Shown piece after piece: positions 50,907-63,198 of a DNA stretch of 64,000 nt. Source of the DNA: Enoplolaimus lenunculus. Its lineage: Eukaryota. The translations under genes and the position numbers were made by a program. How positions within the stretch are numbered: the first letter of the stretch is position 1; every line of letters begins with the position of its first letter. The DNA lies in the NCBI GenBank assembly GCA_030248215.1, contig JASANG010001546.1, positions 186,001-250,000 on the forward strand. Reading direction: 5' to 3'. The notes beneath the pieces are model-generated. The model worked only from the letters and a program-made list of their open reading frames with translations, searched no databases and had not been told where the DNA came from.

Positions 50907-53691
50907 GTACGTGAACAATTTTAACGGTAAAATTGCCAAAATAGGTTTTTAGTTTTTAGGCTTAGGCTTTGGTTTAGGTTTAGACTGACTTACAAAAATA
51001 ATAGTCAGTTATGTCGTGAGTGGACTTTTACCTTAATGGCAACTGTATAGAACAGGGCTGTAAGAGTAGTATAAACATATTCCTAAGTCTAAGCTTTACG
51101 CTAAGCGTGAGCTTATAGCTAAGTCTAAGCTTAAGCAAAAAATTAGTCTAAAGCATAAGCTGACTGTATTGCAGTTATACAGAAAAACGTTCCGCCGCCT
51201 GATCTTTGGACCTTCCAACTGTGCGTGGAAGGTAAATATTCTGCGTATCGAATATAAATGAATATTTTGCAAACTTTGCAGTTTACAATCATTTGCTGTG
51301 TAGTCATGTCAATAACCCTTGCATTACAAGTCAAACAAGCGGCTCGTCTTCGATGAACGTTCTTCTTTGTTTAAATAATTCATTCTTTTTTCATTAAATA
51401 TTTTTCATTTAAAATTGTATTTTTTATTTATTTTTGTTCATTTTGTTTGATTGTTTTTGCTTTTAATTTTAACATCATACGTTTTACAGGTACGACGTTA
51501 AAAGTTTGTTCAGTTTGTGCTGTCAAAAATTTCTCTATCACCTTAGAAGACAAATTCGAAACTTTGGCCCATGTAAAGATCATGGGCGGAACGTTTTTTG
51601 TGGGGCTGCAATACAGTAACTTTAAGCTTTAGATTTATTTTTTGCGTGGCTTAAGCTTACGCTTAGGCTTAGGAGTATACTCATTCTTATGCTTATGCTT
51701 TAAGTTTAGGAGTTTGCTTATAACACTGTTCCGCCCCTGTTCTTTACATTGGCTCTCACCTTGGCGACAAACTCGAAACTTTAAACGGTACTAAATACTA
51801 TGTTTAACTTTACCTTACACTTACCCTGTCTTATTATGGAAGGTAATCCACTTCAAAGTTTCAAACGTGTGTCATGTATTTTTTGAGTTACCATTAAAGA
51901 ATAGTTTCTACTACAAAATCATTTTGACTCGCGTTAATATTTGCTACTCCAACGTTTTAGAGACGTGGGTTTGCGATTAAGTTTTGTTTTCAAGTGTAAA
52001 TTTAAAAAAACTTTTTTCATAATTTCGAAATTTATCACTTTTTGAGGTGACAGCTGGGAATTTTTGGAGATAAGGGTGAATACGTATCTCAACAGTTGAC
52101 GTTACTTGTTGGTATACGTAACGTAAGCGTAAGCCTATTCCTAAGCCTGATCCTAGTTTTGGACTAACAATCAACGTTAAGGAAGGCAAGTCTGAAGGCT
52201 GAGCCGGTTCGGTTGGTGGGATGTGGGGACGACACCCCGATTGGCCCATCCAAGGGTTCATGTTTCATCGAGGTCTCTAGCCCGTCCCTGATCTCGTATA
52301 ATTTATATAAACCGTAAATCACGGGGTTGCATGTCAGAATATAAAGTACGGATACGTTTATGCAATATTTCAGTGAGTTGAAATTATATCGAACTGGTAG
52401 AAAAAGTTTTAGTTTCTCTAGAAAAGTTTCAATTTCGTCTGTAGGGGTTATCTGAAATATTTAAATGCCCCCCCCTGATAAATTTTTAGCAAATGTTCAG
52501 CTGGCTTTGGGGCTGCCAAGATTGACTTGGTCCGTCACTTGTCGTGGGTAGTAACTACAGACCTATGTAAACATTTAATCACTATACTTACTTATTACCC
52601 CCGTGTGCCTAAACTTTCTTATGTTCGTACAGTGGTTAAAGCCCTATTCACACGTGCGCAAGTTTTTGCTGCGAGAACTTGCAGTTGCAACTTGCACTTG
52701 CAAGTTTTGTTTAAAATCGCGTTCGAAAACGTTGCAGCTGCAAATAATTCATTAAAAATCATAGCTAGGAATTTAGTTCTCATGTGTGAATACCTATATA
52801 TGCAAATTCACTGAATTTAATGCAGCCGCTTACTGATTGGCTGATGAACAAATGCCAGTTCTGCGTGCAATTTGCAGCTGCAAGTTCTCGCAGTAAAATC
52901 TTGCACGAGTGAATATGGCTTAATACAAGCACGAGTTGTCGAGTACAGTACCCCAGGGTAAAAATATCTTTCAATTGAAATCCAATTCAATGACCCTTGT
53001 TCACTTATTAAGTGGCCTGTTGAGCAAATGTGTCTCTCACAGCTATTTTTTGATGAAAACTTTCTTTTAAAACTACTTTTAAGTAAATGAAAATAGAATT
53101 AAAATAAGATGCAAAAAATATACTTTTTTTACTGAATATATCATTTTATGCTTTTATTTTGAATAAATGAGGAGACGAACACTGTGGAATATTAAGTTTG
53201 TGAAATAATTATTGTGTTTGTGAATTTTTTTCGTTTGCACTTTTATTAATTTTATATATTTTTTCATCTCTTTTTTTGTTTTTGCTTATTTCGAAAATAG
53301 ATTTTACACAGCGGCGAGTTTGGCACCGGTGACTCCCCGAAATGGGGGAACCTTTGTTGAAAATAATTGTAATTATAAGGGGGGAAGAAATGTAGATTGT
53401 TTGTTTGCTTGACCCCAATGGCAAATCCAGAATGTTCCGGTCGAAGCGGATACTTTTTGTGTACTGCAGCAGTGTTATTTGTTTTAAGTCTGACCGTTTG
53501 CAGCGAAAGTACAAAAATTTTCAATTTGTGTTGTAACTTCTCTATATTTTTAATATATTTGGCTAAAAAACACATTGTGAACTAACTTGAAACACTTAAT
53601 ATTTAAAATTACTGTCATTTGCATATTTGTCTCAAAATTGACCCTCACCGATTTCTGATTCGAAAAATATATACCAAAACCGCAATTTCAG

Positions 53692-53904
53692 CAATCACCG
53701 ATGGCAATATTATCCAATGATCAATGCGACCAATCAGCGAACGATTCATTTTCGGACCGCTACCGTAATCCTCGCGGGGTCTGTGGGATGACTTCAGGGT
53801 CCCTCAGTCCAAATGTGGCACCACCGTGTCTATTGAGCAAAATCGACACCGACAGTGGTCATTATGGTTCAGACGAGGTTGTCGGCGAGGATCAAAGTTC
53901 ACGT
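53692..53904 (+). CDS. LMO7: LMO7-like exon
   Basis: TTTCAG...GTGAGT (phase 0/0). QSPMAILSND...DTDSGHYGSDE...SSR. Confidence 0.75.
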
Positions 53905-54008
53905 GTGAGTATGGCAGTGTTCGGCGTCTGAATAAATGATGATTCAAGTTTTGGCTCTTGTTCACTTTTCTCCACTTGTACGCTCACGTACGATCTTGTA
54001 TGGTTACA

Positions 54009-54232
54009 GACGGTGTCGGACGGTGACGGACGGTGTCGGACGGTGACGGACGGTGTCGGACGGTGACGGACGGTGTCGGACGGTGACGGACAGTGACGGA
54101 CGGTGACGGACGGTGGCGGACGTTGATGGACGGTGACGGACGGTGATGGACGGTGGCGGACGTTGGCGGACGGAGACGGACGGTGTCGGACGGTGTCGAA
54201 CGGTGACGGACGGCGCCGGACGGTGACGGACG
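54009..54232. repeat. 10-bp repeat (GGACGGTGAC/GGACGGTGTC)n
   Basis: About 22 units ending in the degenerate TIR TTTAGCGCCACCCT. Confidence 0.92.
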
Positions 54233-55530
54233 ACAAATTTAGCGCCACCCTTACTAAAACTGAAACTACGCCTGGGTCTGAGACTTAACGCCAAATCTTT
54301 GGGGCGATGGGTAACAGCGCCACAGTTTTCGCAGTGAGACTCGAAGCTATTCGAGGCATAACCTTCACTCCAAGCCTACGACAAGAAATTTCGTATTTCC
54401 AGAACATTTTCTCCAAAACTACGCAAGCCCTATTCACACGTGCAAGTTTTGGCTGCGAGAACATCCAGCTGTAACGTGCACTTGCAAGTTTTGTCCAAAA
54501 AACCGCTCGAAACACTTACAGCTGCAAGTAATTGATTAAAAATCATAGCTTAGCATTTAGTTCAGATGTGTGAATACCCATGCAAGTTCAGCGAATTAAT
54601 TTCAGCCATTTTCTCAATGGCTGTTGAAAAAATTCATCTTCTGCGTGCAATTTGCAGCTGAAAGTTCTCTCAGCAAAAGCTTGCACGTGTGAATAGGGCA
54701 TTAGGTTTAGGCTGAGGTTTAGGTTTAGGATTGAAAAAACGAAACATGAAATTTTCTCATGATTACAGCATTGTACCCGGAACCACAATTGATGTTCACA
54801 TCTCTAAACTCAAATCAAAGACACATTGCATCTACAACTTATCAGTTATAAACATTTGTAAATTATTATTTAAACAAGCGTTGTGTTTTTGTTGACAAAA
54901 CGACCGAGAACGAATTGCAGAGCCTACTTTTATTTGAATAACTGTTACATTTTGGATGAAAACTTATACCGCGGCACAAACATAACGAAACAAAATCATT
55001 TTCGAATCAGCATTGAACTGAATTTCTCACAGCCATTAAACACTGAAAATATATCCGGTTCCGCCGACACCATGAGCTTTCAATTTAGATTTCAACTCAA
55101 GTTTGATATCACCCTGTTGCCATGTTTACTAGAACCGGATTCACCTGTTGCCCTTGTCCGTTTATGCAAGTCCAATCGACTAACACTTATGACTCGTTTT
55201 TAGGGTTGCGCTGTACTCGACGTCCGGTCCCGTCCGTGTCCGTGAGTCATCCATACGGCACCGTCCGTCACCGTGAGTCATCCAGACGGCACCGTCCGTC
55301 ACCGTGAGTCATCCAGACGGCACCGTCCGTCACCGTGAGTCACCTGTACGGCACCGTCCGTCACTGTGCGTCACCACACGTTATTGTACGTGAGTTATTT
55401 GCATACGGTACCTCACGGTGACAGACGGTGCTGCGCGGTGTCGGACGTCGCCGGACGTCAACAAAAGTATAGCGCAACCCTTAATGGCAGCTAATAAATG
55501 CTACAGATTGAAGTAATTGTTTATTTTCAG

Positions 55531-55589
55531 AGTTCGAGTCTTTCATGCCTTGAGCGTCAAAGGAAACTTGAACACAATACTGTTCGAAG
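55531..55589 (+). CDS. LMO7: LMO7-like small exon
   Basis: TTTTCAG...AG|GTAATT (phase 0/2) exactly bridges its neighbours. SSSLSCLERQRKLEHNTVR. Confidence 0.7.
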
Positions 55590-56212
55590 GTAATTCCAAG
55601 GGGGGGACACCTATTAAAATATTATTGGGTATGCCCCCATTCAAATTAGAATTCGATTACCAGACTACATCAGTTGAAATCAGCTCAACGTGACATTCAA
55701 AAAGACTCCGTTTTGAACTGACACCCTTTCTAATGAGTGTGTCGACTATCGTTGAGTCGAACTGAAAAATAAACTACAGACCGTTTAGGTTCACGATATG
55801 TTTAATTTGGACTCAATAGAACAATGTCGACCGGTTCAAGAATCTTGCTTATAAGCACTCTAGATTGAAATAACTTTGCTAGTTTGCCGAACGGGCAGAG
55901 TAACCCCCCATCTTGTTTTTAAATTTCTCAAAAATATTAATTATAAATTTAGTGGAGGTAGAGGTTAACCTTGGCTAATTCAAATTGAAACAACTTCAAT
56001 ATTCGCGTTCGCGTCTTACTTAATTGTTTCTAAGGGAATATGATAAGTGGCTGTTATGTACTTTATCCCACATTTACGGTTTTAGGCTTAGGTTTAGGTT
56101 AAGATTCAAGTTTTGACTTCGACTTAGTCTTTAGGCGTGAATAAATCTTTTCCCAAGGCTAAGCCTAAACAACGTATATAAGCGAGTATACAAGAGACCA
56201 ATTTTATTTCAG

Positions 56213-56492
56213 GGACTCGTCAGAATCTGGTCATTCGAGCTCTAAGCTTGGAGGGCATAACACCGGTCCTGACACCTCGTTGAACCCTGTTAGACCGTCA
56301 CAAATAGCTATCGCCAGCCGATGTGGGTCGGCCTTATCTGGTTGTTCCAGCATCCAGCCGCCATGGCTCACCAAGTCCCACAGGCTGTACGGATCATGCC
56401 ATGGGTCGACTTCGCTTTCAACTTCATCGGTATCCCTGCCGTGTGGACCACAACCTCAGACAACGTGGAAATACAAGCAGAAACGGGTTCTG
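56213..56492 (+). CDS. LMO7: LMO7-like exon
   Basis: TTTCAG acceptor in phase 2, open frame DSSESGHSSSK...WKYKQKRVL, donor CTG|GTCAGC in phase 0 (alternative donor at 56486). Confidence 0.7.
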
Positions 56493-56560
56493 GTCAGCTA
56501 ATTTCAGAGTTCAAAATGCCCTTATAATTTAGGCCTGGCAGAGGCGGATGAAGACCTAAC

Positions 56561-56736
56561 CAGTGGCGGATCCAGGATCTCAAAATGGGGGGGCCCAAAA
56601 TTTCACAGGTAAAATAAACTTACTTTTGAGGCATACACAAACCACGAACTTATGTCACAAAATTGCAATTGAATTTTTGTCGAGATGCTGTTGGGGGGGC
56701 CACGGCCGGGGTGGCCCCCCCATGGATCTGCCATTG
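56561..56736. mobile_element. hAT-like MITE (CAGTGGCGGATCC ends)
   Basis: Perfect 8-bp TSD GACCTAAC. Close inverted copy at 33672-33843; relatives at ~768-939, ~39247-39562, ~48860-49125, ~59973-60144. Confidence 0.85.
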
Positions 56737-57392
56737 GACCTAACCTACCCTGAAGGTCAACTTGTTACGTGGGCCAACATTTTAGAGTTTAGTAAAAAAA
56801 TGGATGAAAAAATATATTTTTTCTTGTAATGTTTTTAATTTTGAAACATTCGACACGGGGACTCGTCAGAAGCGCGCGGGTTCTGAGGAAGTGGGCACAA
56901 TAACCTGTATTATGATCAGCCATTGGTACGGAATACCAAGCATACCAATAACCAGCAGCGTTCGAACCAGTAAATGACAATCCTTAAAAATTTTAGCAAA
57001 AGATTTGACTTGTGCTATTTTTGTGCAAATTTTGGAATTTGCAAACGGCAAGAATTTGTGAGTTTGAAAGCTTATTGCTGACTGGTGATAGGGGCTACAC
57101 CCATTTGAGAATGTAACCCCTGAGCCTAATATAAGGATGACGTTAAGGATCAAAGTTCAACGTCCATTTCGTGGGTGCTAGTAGCCACAAGTGTGTCACG
57201 GGAACTCAGTCCCGTTAAAAATATTTGCCTCAACCCAGAAAAATTTTAGTTTTAATTGTAAGCTTGTTATTTCCACCGCATGATTCGCTTGAAATTGTTC
57301 CAACCTCACCTTGCAGGCTGATCTGGCTACAGGATTGGTTTCTTTTATTTGTCGTATTTATAACTGAGGTTAGTAATATCGATATATTCTAG

Positions 57393-57516
57393 AAACAAGT
57401 GGAAGGAGTACAAATTGAAATTCGTCAACGGCCGGGCAACGAAAAAGGTTTCGGATTCACTCTTAAAGGCGGCCGGCCTCGGCCTGATCCGATCACAATT
57501 TCCGCTGTCATTGTCG
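57393..57516 (+). CDS. LMO7: LMO7-like PDZ domain, N-terminal half
   Basis: ttctAG...G|GTACGT (phase 0/1). KQVEGVQIEIRQRPGNEKGFGFTLKGGRPRPDPITISAVIV contains the GFGF carboxylate-binding loop. The ORF track shows the wrong frame here. Confidence 0.9.
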
Positions 57517-58338
57517 GTACGTTTAATCGTTATATTTAGCCACACTGTAAATTTCAATGAGTTGATTAATAAATTCACCTACCGAGTTAGTTATTTCTGA
57601 ATTAATATCAGTATACATTAACTCTCTCTGAATTGAGTTGATTCTCACTCTGATTTGAGTTGACTCTGGGTGAGTTGATTGATTAACTCAGAATGATTTG
57701 ACTCAACTCAAAATTCTGAGTTCTGATAGTCCTAACTCAAACTGAATGATTCGATTCATTCTAAGTTAAATTTCAACTCATTGAGATTTACAGGGCAGGA
57801 TAAAGTTTTATTAGCGTTTCAAATTTAAATTTAAAATTTTTTAAAACTGGCCAACCCCCCATCAACGAAAATTGGTTTTGTAAGTTTAGAGTTATTTCCA
57901 GTTTAATAAATTTTTGCCCAAAAATAGTTTTGTTCATGGATATTTACAGATTTGAAGATTAAACGCATTTACAAACAGTACGAAATTAAAATTTTGTTCC
58001 AGTGCTCACATGAGACACAGTTTTAAATTTAGCATTCAAAGATACCGAACGGCCAGGGGTGTTTACAAAGGGGATACGGGGTAATATTTCATCTTCCGAA
58101 ATTTATAGAAAATCGAAAAATTAGGCTTGTTGACTGATTTTATGGACGCTGGTGTAGAGGCGCAGCAGCCGGAGTGGGGGTAAGAGGGCGTGGCCCATTC
58201 GGTTTTGGAAGCCAGATAATTTTGCATAACATAGAATGGGAAATTTTACGAAAAAATATTAATGTTCCCCCAGCTTACAAAATATTAAAATTTGCGTCTC
58301 GATTGGCTTACGAACTTTTTTCCATCATTAGCTATGTG

Positions 58339-58644
58339 GGCCAATGTAAAGAACAGAGGCGGAACAGTATTATAAGCATATTCCTAAGCCTGAGGCTGAG
58401 CCTAAAGCCTAAACGAAAGAATGAGCATATTCCTAAGTCTAAGCCTAAGCCTAAGCTTAAGCGTAAGAATGAGTTTATTCCTAATACTAAGCCTAAGCGT
58501 AAGAATGACTTAATTCCTAACTCTAAGCCAAATCCTAAGCCAAAGCCTAAGCCTAAGCCAACCAAAAAAAATTAGTCTAAAGCTTAAGCTTACTCTATTG
58601 CAGTCCCACAGAAAAACTTTCCGCGTCTGATCTTTACATGGGCC
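58339..58644. mobile_element. GG-terminated MITE with internal (TTAGGC)n, subfamily A (Merlin-like); type copy
   Basis: TIR GGCC(A/C)ATGTAAAGA(A/T)CAG.GGCGGAA; perfect 8-bp TSD GCTATGTG. Other copies or fragments at about 2764-3321, 12400-12580, 15527-15600, 18082-18169, 19532-19683, 19855-19945, 20685-20808, 22050-22251, 28425-28595, 31241-31425, 32022-32085, 34955-35086, 36920-37040, 42985-43146, 44621-44807, 51039-51210, 51566-51754, 60865-60960. Confidence 0.85.
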
Positions 58645-58952
58645 GCTATGTGGCACCCCAACCCAAAGTATAAGGGCTCACTCGTTTTTTGATCAGAAAC
58701 TGCGCCCTACCCTTGAAGTGAAAAACATAGAAAAATGGGAGACACAAAGTGCTATTGATGTTCGCTTGAAAGCATGCACGTATCCAACGTAGCTTTCAGG
58801 TGGCTCAGTTCCCCTTGAATAGTTTTGGCCTCCCTAGAACGTTTTCAACCTTGATTGTAAGGCAACGAAAACACTTGTATGCACCTCCTGATAAATTTTT
58901 AGCTCCCTTTTGAATCTCATAAACAAATATTTTTAATATCGTAACATTCTAG

Positions 58953-59305
58953 GGGGGAACTTTAATAGATAGCACTTTAATTGATAGCCCTGGGGGGAGA
59001 CTTTAATTGATACCACTAGGGTGGACTTTAATTGATACCACTAGGGGGGACTTTAATTGATACCACTAGGGGGACTTTAATTGATACCACTAGGGGGACT
59101 TTAATTGATACCACTAGGGGGGACTTTAATTGATACCACTAGGGGGACTTTAATTGATACCATTAGGGGGACTTTAATTGATACCACTAGGGGGGACTTT
59201 AATTGATACCACTAGGGGAAACTTTAATTGATACCACTAGGGGGGACTTTAATTGATACCACTTGGGGGGACTTTAATTGATATTTAGGGGGGGAACTTT
59301 AATTG
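58953..59305. repeat. 24-25-bp minisatellite (CTTTAATTGATACCACTAGGGGG(G)A)n
   Basis: About 13-14 units; unit length varies with the G run. Confidence 0.95.
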
Positions 59306-59402
59306 ATCCGAAAAGTGGAACACGCAAAGAACAATAGATTCTGGCCTGACAGGAAAGGTGTAATTGTCGCCCAGGGCAACTTGAATTATTTGTTATTTGT
59401 AG

Positions 59403-59591
59403 GTACAAAGGCAGATCGAAACGGACTGCAAGTTGGAGACGAATTAGTCGCAGTAAACGACCAGCCTGTTCTTGGAAAAAGCGTCGCTGAAATAAATGGC
59501 GTTATTTTAACCGCAGCAGTCAGAACCGGATGCTTGAAACTCAACATTAAACGATATAAAGCTGTAGAAACATCAGCATCTGGTTTAGCGG
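59403..59591 (+). CDS. LMO7: LMO7-like PDZ domain, C-terminal half
   Basis: tttgtAG...G|GTAACT (phase 1/1). GTKADRNGLQVGDELVAVND...LKLNIKR. Confidence 0.9.
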
Positions 59592-59624
59592 GTAACTCAA
59601 ACCAAGAGTGGATGATCGCTATTT

Positions 59625-59897
59625 AACAAGAGTGTGCAATTGGGCACATTCTGTGTAGAAAACAATGTACCCAGCAAGCGTTGCATTTTTGACCGGTCCC
59701 CCTTTATTTGGAGGGGGGTACAACCGGTGCGTACCGTGGCACTTTATGTATGCGGCGTCAAACATGCTCCCCTTATAGTTTAATTTAGGAGCATTCATGT
59801 AAAAGTGACTCCCTCTAAACAAGGGGGGCGGCCAAAAGCGTAACGCCCGGTGGTACATTTTGTATAAGCGGGTCCGCATGAGTTGCACACTCTTGTT
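59625..59897. mobile_element. AACAAGAGTGTGCAA-ended MITE, superfamily unassigned
   Basis: TIR AACAAGAGT(G/A)TGCAA(C/T)T. Copies at 27405-27579, ~27620-27910, 35984-36232, ~45785-46042. Confidence 0.8.
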
Positions 59898-60295
59898 ATT
59901 ATTCCCTCTTGCTCAAAGTAACATATTGTCGAAAATTCGCTTGTGGCAACACATTCGGATTTAGCCCACGCACCAGGTGATCCAGATTTGGGGTGTGTGC
60001 CCCCCGTCAGAAACTTTATTGTGATAACATGGTGAGGTCCCTACAAATTTTCCACCTTAAAAAATTGGCACATATATAGCATACAGTACAAATTGCGTTT
60101 CATAGCTTATGCAAGCCCGCCAGAAATTTCTGGATCTGCCGCTGACGCCACAATATATATATATCTATATATATGTATATATATCATGTCCATAAGACTT
60201 TTAGCTTTTAGAAAACATGGTTACTCAAAAGCAATGTCACGGCTTGGGTTTCCAAGTCTGTGGGACTGCGGGACGGGGTTCCCTTTTTAAATATT

Positions 60296-60656
60296 GGCTG
60301 GTTTCTGAAACTTTACTTTAGTACACCTTAGTTAGTAGTTAAATAGTGCTACGTAATTACTTAACCGTTTTGTCGTTTATAAAAGCGTACTTAACTTTAG
60401 TGAATACTTGAGTCGCGGACTAAATATGATATATTACAAATTTAACAGTTCTGGTACACCAACGTTGCTCTAGTCGAAATTGTAGACTCATGGTGCATTT
60501 TTGATATAAAGTAAAACTATTACTTTCTTGTATGAGCATGGCGCATATTCGGCGTTTGTTTTTTTAAAATGATAAGTATTTACTAGGTGTACGACCTTAA
60601 GTAATTACTTAAGCACAACTTAAGTAAATACTTTAGTATAATTTTGAAACCCGGCC
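60296..60656. mobile_element. GGC..GCC-ended AT-rich MITE with TAAGTAATTACTTA motifs
   Basis: GGCTGGTTTCTGAAA...TTGAAACCCGGCC ends. A diverged inverted copy at ~60660-60862 and a fragment at ~62670-62825. Confidence 0.65.
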
Positions 60657-61187
60657 AATTTATGCTTTAGTAATTACTTAACTCGCCCGAAGTAATTACT
60701 TACCTTTTTGAGCAAAATCAAATGAGCGCCAAATATGAGAAATTGTTATAACATGAAAGTAGCAGTTTTGCTTTTTATTAACGAGGCACCATGAGACTAC
60801 AATTGCAATTAGACCAAGATTAGTATGCCCGAACTGTCAGTGTGAGAATATATAAATTTAGCCAGATCAGGCGCGGAACTTCTTTCTGTGGGACTGCAAT
60901 AGAGTAAGCTTAAGCTTTTGACTAATTTTGTTGCTTGGGATAAGCGTTAGGTTTAAGACGTACGCTGGATTGGTTTTGATTGGAGGACTCAAGTCGTTAT
61001 AAAATACAATATACAGAAAATGGTTTGCAGTGATTTTGCCTTTCGTGTCGAAATTTGTTGGTGTCCATCCAATTGACATTTTCTGCGAACGTTCTTGTTT
61101 CCACACAATCCGGTATGAAGTTATCATTCAGCCAATCACAAACAATTCATTGCTTGTACTTGAATACGATTGGCTGTTATATTTTAG

Positions 61188-62027
61188 CAAATGCCCCCAG
61201 CGTCAAAATCAACCCTGATCGCTACTGGGCGCCGTACCGGTCGGCCGGCAAACTGGGGGACGTATCGAACCCTCGGCCAACGAGCATTTCCTACCGAGAT
61301 CATCCGGTCAAACCAGATGGGGGTGGATCCTTGGCGATGCCAGGTGGAACAAGCTCGCCAACACTGTCGCCAATCTCGTCACCGTCTTCCCAACTGACCA
61401 CCAGCGGTGTTGAAAGCTCATCCTCGCCAAACGGAAGCGGTGGGGGTAAAGACTTGGGATCCGGATATTCTAATCTGAAGTTTCCCGAGGTGACCGAGAC
61501 TAAACGCTACGAATTCAAGGGCGGTGGCAGCTCCGACGATAAAGTTGCAATTGAATCAACCACGGGCAAATGTAATTTACTAGGACAAGCCGATGCAACC
61601 GGTTTGGATCAAGCCAATCCCGAGATTACTGTAAATTCTAACAGCAAAATTAATCCAGAAAGTGATGCCGTCTGTCAGATCCTTAGTGCCGAGCCGTCTA
61701 ATTTATCCGCTAACTCTAAACCTGTGCCTGAGAGCTTAGCTCATGATTCGAAACCTTTAAATTGTAAAGAACCAGATCAGGCCGTAGGCTCTAAGAAGGC
61801 ACAAGAGCCTTATTTAGGGCCCACCAAAATAGCGTCTTATACGGTTTCGTCACTGGAACCAGAACGTCTGCCGGGGAAATTGTTCAATTTTGTACCCGAA
61901 TCCGAAAGGTCAAGTAAGAGAAGTGGCGTCAGTAGCAGCACCGGAAGTATCACTCCTGGCAGTTGTGATTTGGTGCCTTCGCGGCCGGCAGAAAAATGGC
62001 TCGATCGATATTCAGTGGATGAAAAAG
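61188..62027 (+). CDS. LMO7: LMO7-like large Ser/Pro-rich exon
   Basis: ttttAG...AAG|GTTTAT (phase 1/1). 840-nt open frame, GC-richer than flanking intron. Confidence 0.85.
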
Positions 62028-62926
62028 GTTTATTTATAATAATAATAATAATAATAATAATTATAATAATAATAATAATAATAATAATAACTAGTTAACC
62101 TGGTTCTACTCGCTATATTTAGGTTCGCGTCGCAACTTGAAACCCATTGAAACAATATGCATACATATTAACAAAACAAACGCCATACAAGTAATTTGGA
62201 TACATATATAAAATTCGGTTGCAACGTTGCTCAAAATACGTATGTGGGACGTTCCAGCTTTAATAATATGGATTGGCAGAGGCGTAGGCAGGTTTTTATT
62301 TCACGAGAGTATAATTTCACAAAAGATACTTTTATTGACGTCTTGGATGTAGAAAGTTAAGTTCCTGTTAACAATGCTGATTTCGTGTTCCTGCAAATTT
62401 CGGGACAGAATACAGCGCTTCTATCTATTGTTTATTCTAAGCCTGAGCCTGAGCCTAACCCTAAGGCCGCGTAGAAAAGTGAACAGGAGCCAATAATGGT
62501 TAGAGTTCATGTCAATTTTAAGGGCTTACCAACATAGCTGAAACCTAAGCTTAAGCCAAAGTCATTGCCGAAACCTGTGTCTAATCCTAAGTCTAAACCC
62601 AAAGCTAAGCCTTCCAGTCTCTTAGTTCACCAGTCATCCAATGCGCAGCAGCCAACAATTAGCATGAACCACGTACTTAAGTTAAGTAAATACTTAAGCT
62701 GCTGACTAAATTTGATATACTACATGTAATGACAAAAAATATAAGTATTTACTAAGTCGGCGACTTAAGTAATTACTTAAGTATAACATAAGTAAATGCG
62801 TAAGTAAGATTTCAGAAACCCAGCCATTGAAATGTGTCAGTTGTTGATTGGATAAAAATTTAGACAATTTTGATTGGTCACACAATGGATTCTTAAAATT
62901 TTTTCATTAATTTTCAATTTTGCCAG

Positions 62927-63198
62927 ATATCACCGTAGCCAATTTGACATCGTACCCTCGTTGGAACTGCGTCACCCATAACGACAGCCCTCCATCAATT
63001 GGTGTGCTTTCTACTCACAGCGCGATCGCAAATGGATTCCCCGCATCTGACAGGGTTGTAAACCCGCCACCTATTCGAAATTTCACCCTCGCAGAACATC
63101 CGGGTCGACCCTTGTCTGTAACAACGTTTGCTCAACCTACTCCATCTCTGCCGCTGAAGGAACCAAGCACCCGTTGTGGTCAACAACAAGATTCAACG
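62927..63198 (+). CDS. LMO7: LMO7-like exon; gene continues beyond the window
   Basis: tttgccAG...ACG|GTGAGT (phase 1/0). Open frame DITVANL...QQQDST. Confidence 0.8.

Noticed and set aside
56321..56532. Alternative frames (MWVGLIWLF..., MGRPYLVV...) as the first half of the PDZ domain
   Set aside because: Phase analysis supports the 56280 frame, and the true GFGF-containing half is at 57393-57516.
58953..59305. CRISPR-like appearance of regular short repeats (also 2815-3240 and 14545-15215)
   Set aside because: Head-to-tail tandem units with no unique spacers, no cas genes, and a eukaryotic intronic context.
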